Positions 58,191 to 64,000 of a stretch of 64,000 nt of DNA are shown here, one piece after another (position 1 is the first letter of the stretch; every line of letters starts with the position of its first letter). Position numbers and translations under genes: made by a program. A model generated the notes under the pieces. It was not told the origin of the DNA. It searched no databases and worked only from the letters and a program-made list of their open reading frames with translations. Source of the DNA: an uncultured Bacteroidales bacterium (GTDB lineage Bacteria; Bacteroidota; Bacteroidia; Bacteroidales; VadinHA17); the NCBI GenBank assembly GCA_963756885.1, contig CAVWPG010000007.1:3582-67581 (forward strand), given 5' to 3'.

Positions 58191-61100
58191 ATGAAAAAGA
58201 CTTTCACCCTTCTTGTTTTAGCTCTCTTTTTTTTAAAATCCTTCGGTCAGGATAATCCATTATGGATCCGTTATCCGGCAATATCGCCGGATGGGAAGAC
58301 TATCCTGTTTTCCTTCAGGGGAGACATATACTCTGTTCCTTCATCAGGCGGAGAAGCCTTTCCCCTTACCTTGAGTGAATCGTATGAGTTTTCTCCCGTC
58401 TGGAGCCATGACGGGAAAAATATAGCCTTTGCTTCCGACAGATATGGAAACTTCGATGTGTATGTCATGCCAGCGGGAGGAGGCGAGGCAAAGCGACTCA
58501 CCTTTCATTCAGGCAATGAAATCCCATCCACCTTTACAGCAGACGACAAGAATATATATTTCTCCGCGTTCAGGCAGGACCTGGCGACAAATGCGCAATT
58601 CCCCACCCCGATGCTTACCGAGCTGTACAGCGTTCCTGTCGCCGGGGGCAGTGTTGTTCAGGTCCTTACAACACCTGCACTTAATGCAACAGTCAATACA
58701 AAGGGCGACAAAATCGTCTTTGACGATCTGAAGGGTTATGAAAGTCTCTGGAGGAAGCATCATACCTCTTCCGTGACACATGACGTCTGGGTTTACGATA
58801 TTAATTCGGGAAAATATGACAAGCTGACCCAATTCCCGGGCGAGGACAGGAATCCTGTTTTCAGCACGGATGACAATAATTTCTTCTACCTGAGCGAGCA
58901 GAACGGATCATTCAATGTTTTTGAAAGCTCACTTGCAGATCCTTCCAGGACGAAGGCGTTGACGAGCTTTACAAGGAATCCGGTAAGGTTTCTGACTGTT
59001 TCAAAGTCAAATACACTCTGCTTCGGCTTTAACGGATCGATTTACACTCTGAGACCAGGTGAGGAACCCCGGGAAATAAATATAAAAATATCCAATGACG
59101 GACATGGGGCCATTAATAAAACAGTGCCGGCAAATGAAAAAATTACCGAGGCCAAGCTATCGCCCACAGGCAAGGAATTTGCCTTTGTGTTCCGCGGGGA
59201 AATATTTGTTACAAGCACCGAGGGTGGGATAACAAAGCGGATCACAAACACTCCTTGGCAGGAAAGAAGCGTGGATTTCAGTCCTGATGGCCGTTCTCTC
59301 GTATATGCTGCTGAAAGGGACAACAGCTGGAATGTTTACATCACATCAATTGCAAGAAAAGATGAGCCCTATTTCTATGCCTCCACCCTGCTGAAGGAAG
59401 AACCTGTGATAGCCACCTCAGCTGAGGAATACCAGCCTTCCTTTTCGCCTGACGGACAGGAGGTCGCATACCTGGAGAACAGGGTAACACTCAGGGTTAT
59501 CAACCTGGCTTCAAAGCAGGTACGGACAATAATGGCTGCGGATAAGAATTATTCCTATGCGGATGGCGATCAGTATTATACCTGGTCACCTGACGGAAAA
59601 TGGTTCCTGGTGCAGTTTGGATACCCGGAACGGGTAATGTCGCCCGAAGTCGGACTGGTGGCTGCTGACGGGAAAAGCGAAATCCACAATCTTACCCAGA
59701 GCGGGTATGATGATTTTCAGCCTAAATGGGTGATGGATGGCAAGGTGATGATCTGGGGGTCGGACCTTGAAGGCCCTCGTCAGCAGAGCGGCGACCCGGC
59801 TGGCGGAGATGTGTATGCCATGTTCTTTGCCAGGGAAACATTTGACAGGTTCAATCTTTCCAAGGAAGAATTTGCCCTGTTGAAAGAGCAGGATGCCAAA
59901 AAGGAGAAGGAGAAAAAAGAGGCCGAAGAAAAGGATAAAAAAGCTGATAAAAAGAAGAAGCCTGAGACTGAAGCCAAAACAGAAAAGGATTCGTTGAAGA
60001 AAGAGATTCAGATTGACTGGGACAAGCTCACCGACCGCAAGAAAAAACTTACGATAAACACCTCGCCTGCCAATGACTGGGTTTTATCAAAAGACGGTGA
60101 AAAGCTTTACTATCTCACATCATTTGAGAAGGGCAACGATCTCTGGGTAACCGAACTCAGGACTAAAGAAACAAAGCTCCTCGTGAAACTGGGGATCCAT
60201 AATTCGGGTATGGAGCTTTCGAAGGATGGGAAATTCCTTTTCATCCTTGGCGACGGGAAAGTTATGAAGGTGAATCTCGATTCTGACAAATCGGAGCCCT
60301 ACAAGATCAATGGTGAGATGGTGCTGAATCAGACAGCGGAAAGAGCTTATATTTTTGACCACATCTGGCGCCAGCTTAAAGAAAAATTCATCTTTGAGAA
60401 CCTTCAGGGTGTTGACTGGAACTACTATTATACCGAGTATAGGAAGTTCCTGCCTTCGATCGATAATAACTATGATTTCACCGAGATGCTCAGTGAAATG
60501 CTCGGAGAGCTCAATGCTTCCCACACCGGGTCGGGCTATCGCAATTTCAGGCCTGACTTTGATCAGACAGCCTCTGCAGGATTGCTTTTTGACTATAATT
60601 ATAAAGGAAAAGGACTGAAGATCGCCGAAATAATTCATAACGGTCCGCTTGATAAGGCCTTATCTGTTGTAACAGCTGGTGATATACTGGAACAGATTGA
60701 TGGACAGTCAGTCGATTCGATAGATTTCTACCAGCTGCTCAACCGCAAGGCAGGCAAGCTTGTATTGCTGACAGTCACCAACCCTGTTACAGGGAAGACT
60801 GCTGAACAGACTGTAAAACCCGTTTCCCTTGGAGAGGAGAACGAGCTCCTCTATAAAAGGTGGGTTGATGGCAGGCGCGACGAGGTTGAAAGGCTCTCAA
60901 ACGGTAAGATCGGTTATATCCACGTAAGATCGATGAATGATGCCAGTATGAGGACCGTGTTTGAAGAGGCTCTTGGCAGGAATATTGAAAAGGAGGCAAT
61001 AATTATTGACACCAGGTTCAACGGCGGTGGGAATATCCATGAGCAGCTTTCCGATTTCCTCAGCGGAAGGAAATACCTTGATATAATCCCGCACGGACAA

Positions 61101-61451
61101 TATATAGGATCGGAACCATCGGATAAATGGACAAAGCCCTCGATTGTCCTTATCGGGGAGAGCAATTATTCGGATGCGCATCTTTTTCCGGTTGCCTATA
61201 AGCTGAAGAACATTGGCAAGACCCTCGGAATGCCGATCCCGGGAACAGGAACCTTTGTGTGGTGGGAGACACAGATCGATCCCACTATATATTTCGGAAT
61301 CCCGATGGGAGGGTGGCGCACCCCCGATGGCAAGTTCTGTGAGAATAACCAGATGGAGCCTGACATAATGGTAAGGAATGAGCCGGAAATTCTATCCCAG
61401 GGCCGTGATCAGCAGCTGGAAGCGGCGGTGAAGGAATTATTGAAAAAATAG
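58191..61451 (+). CDS. tricorn-protease-like S41 peptidase (PD40 beta-propellers, PDZ, S41 domain)
   Basis: It has repeated PD40 motifs (ISPDGKTILFSFRGDIYSV, WSHDGKNIAFASDRYGNFDVYVM) and a Lys/Glu-rich insert. The C-terminal S41 pattern is GYIHVRSMN ... IIDTRFNGGGNIHEQL. The likely start is ATG 58191. Confidence 0.8.
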   Translation: MKKTFTLLVLALFFLKSFGQDNPLWIRYPAISPDGKTILFSFRGDIYSVPSSGGEAFPLTLSESYEFSPVWSHDGKNIAFASDRYGNFDVYVMPAGGGEAKRLTFHSGNEIPSTFTADDKNIYFSAFRQDLATNAQFPTPMLTELYSVPVAGGSVVQVLTTPALNATVNTKGDKIVFDDLKGYESLWRKHHTSSVTHDVWVYDINSGKYDKLTQFPGEDRNPVFSTDDNNFFYLSEQNGSFNVFESSLADPSRTKALTSFTRNPVRFLTVSKSNTLCFGFNGSIYTLRPGEEPREINIKISNDGHGAINKTVPANEKITEAKLSPTGKEFAFVFRGEIFVTSTEGGITKRITNTPWQERSVDFSPDGRSLVYAAERDNSWNVYITSIARKDEPYFYASTLLKEEPVIATSAEEYQPSFSPDGQEVAYLENRVTLRVINLASKQVRTIMAADKNYSYADGDQYYTWSPDGKWFLVQFGYPERVMSPEVGLVAADGKSEIHNLTQSGYDDFQPKWVMDGKVMIWGSDLEGPRQQSGDPAGGDVYAMFFARETFDRFNLSKEEFALLKEQDAKKEKEKKEAEEKDKKADKKKKPETEAKTEKDSLKKEIQIDWDKLTDRKKKLTINTSPANDWVLSKDGEKLYYLTSFEKGNDLWVTELRTKETKLLVKLGIHNSGMELSKDGKFLFILGDGKVMKVNLDSDKSEPYKINGEMVLNQTAERAYIFDHIWRQLKEKFIFENLQGVDWNYYYTEYRKFLPSIDNNYDFTEMLSEMLGELNASHTGSGYRNFRPDFDQTASAGLLFDYNYKGKGLKIAEIIHNGPLDKALSVVTAGDILEQIDGQSVDSIDFYQLLNRKAGKLVLLTVTNPVTGKTAEQTVKPVSLGEENELLYKRWVDGRRDEVERLSNGKIGYIHVRSMNDASMRTVFEEALGRNIEKEAIIIDTRFNGGGNIHEQLSDFLSGRKYLDIIPHGQYIGSEPSDKWTKPSIVLIGESNYSDAHLFPVAYKLKNIGKTLGMPIPGTGTFVWWETQIDPTIYFGIPMGGWRTPDGKFCENNQMEPDIMVRNEPEILSQGRDQQLEAAVKELLKK

Positions 61452-61581
61452 ATTCTACAAAAGGATTTTCAAAATTTATTCTGTATTAGGACTAAATCGG
61501 GCTACTGAAATAATCTCTCTTTTACTCTTCCCACAAGGCGGCCGATATAAGTGTAGTGGTGTAACTATGTTGAGTAGTATA

Positions 61582-61668
61582 AGTTTCCCCTCCTTTTGAA
61601 GGAGGGGTGGCCGGGGCAATTTATTATCTGATCTTTACAGGACCTTCTTCCCGGCCGGGGTGGTTGAT
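61582..61668 (+). repeat. structured REP-like element (left copy)
   Basis: The sequence is agtttCCCCTCCTTttgAAGGAGGGGtGGCCGGG-(37 nt)-CCCGGCCggggtggttgatt. It forms two consecutive hairpins. Confidence 0.8.
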
Positions 61669-61868
61669 TTTTTCTTTTTTATATTCATATCTATGAAAAG
61701 CAAAAACATACAATATAGAAAAATTCTTTATTTTTTCAGATCATCTTTCAGCAATAGATATACTACAGCTGAAGCAGCATTAAGGGAGATATTTTAACTA
61801 ATAAATCCAGATGAATATCCACGGGCGAATAACATAATGTATGAGAAGATAGCAAAGGGATAAATACC

Positions 61869-61956
61869 AATCAACCACCCCGGCCGCACCCTGAATTTGC
61901 GATGCCTCGACCATCATCCTGCTGCGGCCACCCCCTCCTTCAAAACGAGGGGAAAC
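61869..61956 (-). repeat. structured REP-like element (right copy, inverted orientation)
   Basis: The reverse complement is agtttCCCCTCgttttgaaGGAGGGGgtGGCCGCA-(37 nt)-TGCGGCCggggtggttgatt. It has the same architecture as the left copy, and the second stem has a compensated sequence. Confidence 0.8.
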
Positions 61957-62157
61957 TTTTTTAATCCACATATTTACAGTGCAACTCTTAGGTTGACGGC
62001 TATGCCGCAGACCCCCCAATTGGGATATCTGGTAATCTTATTGTATGTGTTTCATCTGCATGCAGGAAATTTTTTTGACGGTCAATTTTTCTTTTGTAAA
62101 TTTGAAATGACGCTCGCTGCGTTTAATATAAATATCTTTGAGAAAATAATGGGAATC

Positions 62158-62187
62158 ATTAATTGTGATATATAACTCACAATTAAT
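62158..62187. promoter_or_regulatory. perfect 11-bp inverted repeat ATTAATTGTGA-N8-TCACAATTAAT upstream of the helicase gene
   Basis: Read directly. It ends 30 nt before ATG 62217. Confidence 0.45.
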
Positions 62188-62216
62188 AGTTTACGTTTAT
62201 AATTACAGAACTCGAT

Positions 62217-64000
62217 ATGGAAACTGTCACTAACCAGGATCTGCAGCTGGCTTTTGATTTTGTAAAATACACGAACCGGAACATCTTTCTCACGGGGAAA
62301 GCCGGTACTGGCAAAACCACTTTTCTGCGCGACCTGAAAAATGCATCCCCGAAACGGATGATCGTGGTGGCCCCGACAGGCGTGGCAGCAATAAATGCAG
62401 GAGGGGTTACAATACACTCATTTTTCCAGTTGCCTTTTCACCCCTTCATTCCATCTCTCTACCTGCCCGAAACCAATCATCGAAGCCAGCCGGAGCATAA
62501 TGGTACAGAAGGATATAAAATGAGCCGTGAAAAGATCAACATAATCAGAAGCCTTGACCTTCTGATTATTGATGAGATAAGCATGGTCAGGGCAGACACT
62601 CTCGACGCCATTGATTCAGCGCTGAGGAGGTACAGGATCCGCCACCTGCCCTTTGGGGGTGTCCAGCTGCTGTTGATAGGTGATCTTCAACAGCTTGCTC
62701 CTGTTGTAAAGGACGATGACAGGGACATAATAGGGAAATATTATGATTCCCCTTTTTTCTTCGGCAGCAGGGCCCTGTGCAGCACCGATTATGTGACGAT
62801 CGAGCTGAAGCATATTTACAGGCAGAATGACCAGGCTTTTATTGACCTGCTCAATAAAATCCGCGACAATCATGTGGATTCAGAGGTGCTGGGCGAGCTT
62901 AATAAAAGGCATATTCCTGATTTTGATCCTGATACGGGAGGAGGATATATTACCCTTACAACTCACAATGCCCAGGCCCAGGCTTTAAATGACTCAAGGC
63001 TTGAGAGGCTTCGGGGCAAAGCTCATACATTTACGGCGACTATAAAGGATGAATTCCCTGAGTTTTCCTTCCCAAACGTCAGCGAACTTGTTTTGAAGGC
63101 AGGGGCTCAGGTTATGTTTGTAAAGAATGACCTGTCGCGTGACAGGCTTTTCTTCAACGGTAAGATAGGGAAAGTGGAATCCTTTGAGGACGATATTATT
63201 GTTGTCAGGTGCCCCGGCGATGATTTCAGCATCAGGGTGGAGCTGGCGGAGTGGCAAAACATGAAGTATACGCTCGATGAGGAGACAAAGGAGATAGGAG
63301 AGACGGTGATCGGGACATTTACACAGTTTCCCCTTAAGCTGGCATGGGCAATAACGATTCACAAGAGCCAGGGGCTTACCTTCGACAGGGCCGTCATTGA
63401 TGCCAACGCTGCCTTTGCCCATGGGCAGGTATATGTTGCGCTCAGCCGGTGCCGTACCCTGGATGGACTTGTTTTGAGCAGCCGGATCGGCCAGAGAAGC
63501 ATAATAGACAATCCGGTTATTTCCGACTTTGTTAATGGGACGGCACAAAATCAACCCGGACCCGAGCAGCTGGCAGAATCGAAGAGAGATTTCCAGCGGC
63601 TGCTGCTTACAGATCTTTTTGATTTTAATCCCCTCATTCACAGATTCAATTACTGTCTTAAGGTAGTAAATGAGCATCATGGCTCTCTTTTGGGAGCTCC
63701 GCGGGAAATGCTCGAAAATACCATGGCCCTTATCAGGACCGACCTTATTGAGGTATCGGAAAAATTCCGACCTCAGCTGGCCGGACTCTTAACCGGTAAT
63801 ATTGATGCGGAATCAAGCGGCCCCCTGCAGGAGCGGGTCAGGAAAGCAGGCGAATTCTTTTCGGTCAGGCTCGAGGCTGCTATGAAGGAAATCCTGGACG
63901 GTTATGCAGTGGAGACAGATAACAAAACAGTCAGGAAATCTGTTTCCGAAGCCCTGGAGCGGGCCAGAAGGGAGGGAGTTGTAAAGTTAGCCTGTCTGAA
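62217..64000 (+). CDS. Pif1/RecD-like superfamily-1 DNA helicase, 3' end outside window
   Basis: The ORF is open from ATG 62217 to the window end and is not in the supplied track. Walker A is FLTGKAGTGKTT, followed by VVAPTGVAAINAGGVTIHSFF. Walker B is LIIDEISMV, and WAITIHKSQGLTF is typical of Pif1-like helicases. Confidence 0.75.
   Translation, partial: METVTNQDLQLAFDFVKYTNRNIFLTGKAGTGKTTFLRDLKNASPKRMIVVAPTGVAAINAGGVTIHSFFQLPFHPFIPSLYLPETNHRSQPEHNGTEGYKMSREKINIIRSLDLLIIDEISMVRADTLDAIDSALRRYRIRHLPFGGVQLLLIGDLQQLAPVVKDDDRDIIGKYYDSPFFFGSRALCSTDYVTIELKHIYRQNDQAFIDLLNKIRDNHVDSEVLGELNKRHIPDFDPDTGGGYITLTTHNAQAQALNDSRLERLRGKAHTFTATIKDEFPEFSFPNVSELVLKAGAQVMFVKNDLSRDRLFFNGKIGKVESFEDDIIVVRCPGDDFSIRVELAEWQNMKYTLDEETKEIGETVIGTFTQFPLKLAWAITIHKSQGLTFDRAVIDANAAFAHGQVYVALSRCRTLDGLVLSSRIGQRSIIDNPVISDFVNGTAQNQPGPEQLAESKRDFQRLLLTDLFDFNPLIHRFNYCLKVVNEHHGSLLGAPREMLENTMALIRTDLIEVSEKFRPQLAGLLTGNIDAESSGPLQERVRKAGEFFSVRLEAAMKEILDGYAVETDNKTVRKSVSEALERARREGVVKLACL

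Noticed and set aside
62994-63680. 228-aa minus-strand ORF.
   Set aside because: It is antisense to the Pif1-like helicase ORF, which carries Walker A and B and helicase motifs.

Overview
The window looks like a Bacteroidota chromosomal segment. Supporting signs are a TAnnTTTG-type promoter in front of a tRNA, many lipoprotein signal peptides, a FISUMP-domain protein, and DUF1080 and DUF5060 families. All functional calls are motif recognition by eye; no searches were run.

Gene content, left to right:
- 0.6-11.6 kb: a glycan-degradation cluster with a heavily frameshifted GH92 mannosidase, two tandem HGSNAT-like acyltransferases (one decayed), and DUF5060/GH5-like, GH9-like and GHL10-like proteins.
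- 11.9-13.2 kb: a secreted Tyr/Trp-rich low-complexity protein.
- 13.3-16.4 kb: a LolA-like protein paired with an MMPL/RND exporter.
- 16.6-27.0 kb: a composite arsenic island. It has arsR, thioredoxin-like and CxxC proteins, a CcdA-like protein and a COG0701 permease. A TetR-porin-TauE-FmdE insert follows. A second, decayed arsR then precedes arsC, arsM and acr3.
- 27.5-29.8 kb: two frameshifted genes.
- 29.87-29.94 kb: tRNA-Pro(CGG).
- 33-64 kb: largely housekeeping or accessory enzymes. These include an aspartyl protease, VOC protein, ERG4/ERG24-like reductase, SDR, three GH30-like genes, PBP1A, Bcp, a transglutaminase/TPR protein, Gfo/Idh/MocA plus DUF1080, AraC, YceI, DOPA dioxygenase, FISUMP, serine hydrolase, YegP, a tricorn-like S41 peptidase and a Pif1-like helicase.

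The most unusual feature is a perfectly phased tandem array at 30177-32770. It has four near-identical 616-bp units plus a diverged partial fifth. It lies between the tRNA-Pro promoter and a retropepsin-like lipoprotein gene. It has no credible coding capacity, is dense in hairpins and nested inverted repeats, and I could not assign it to any known class.

Frameshifts cluster in a few genes while several 2-3 kb genes are intact. This suggests real gene decay, but read-level confirmation is needed.
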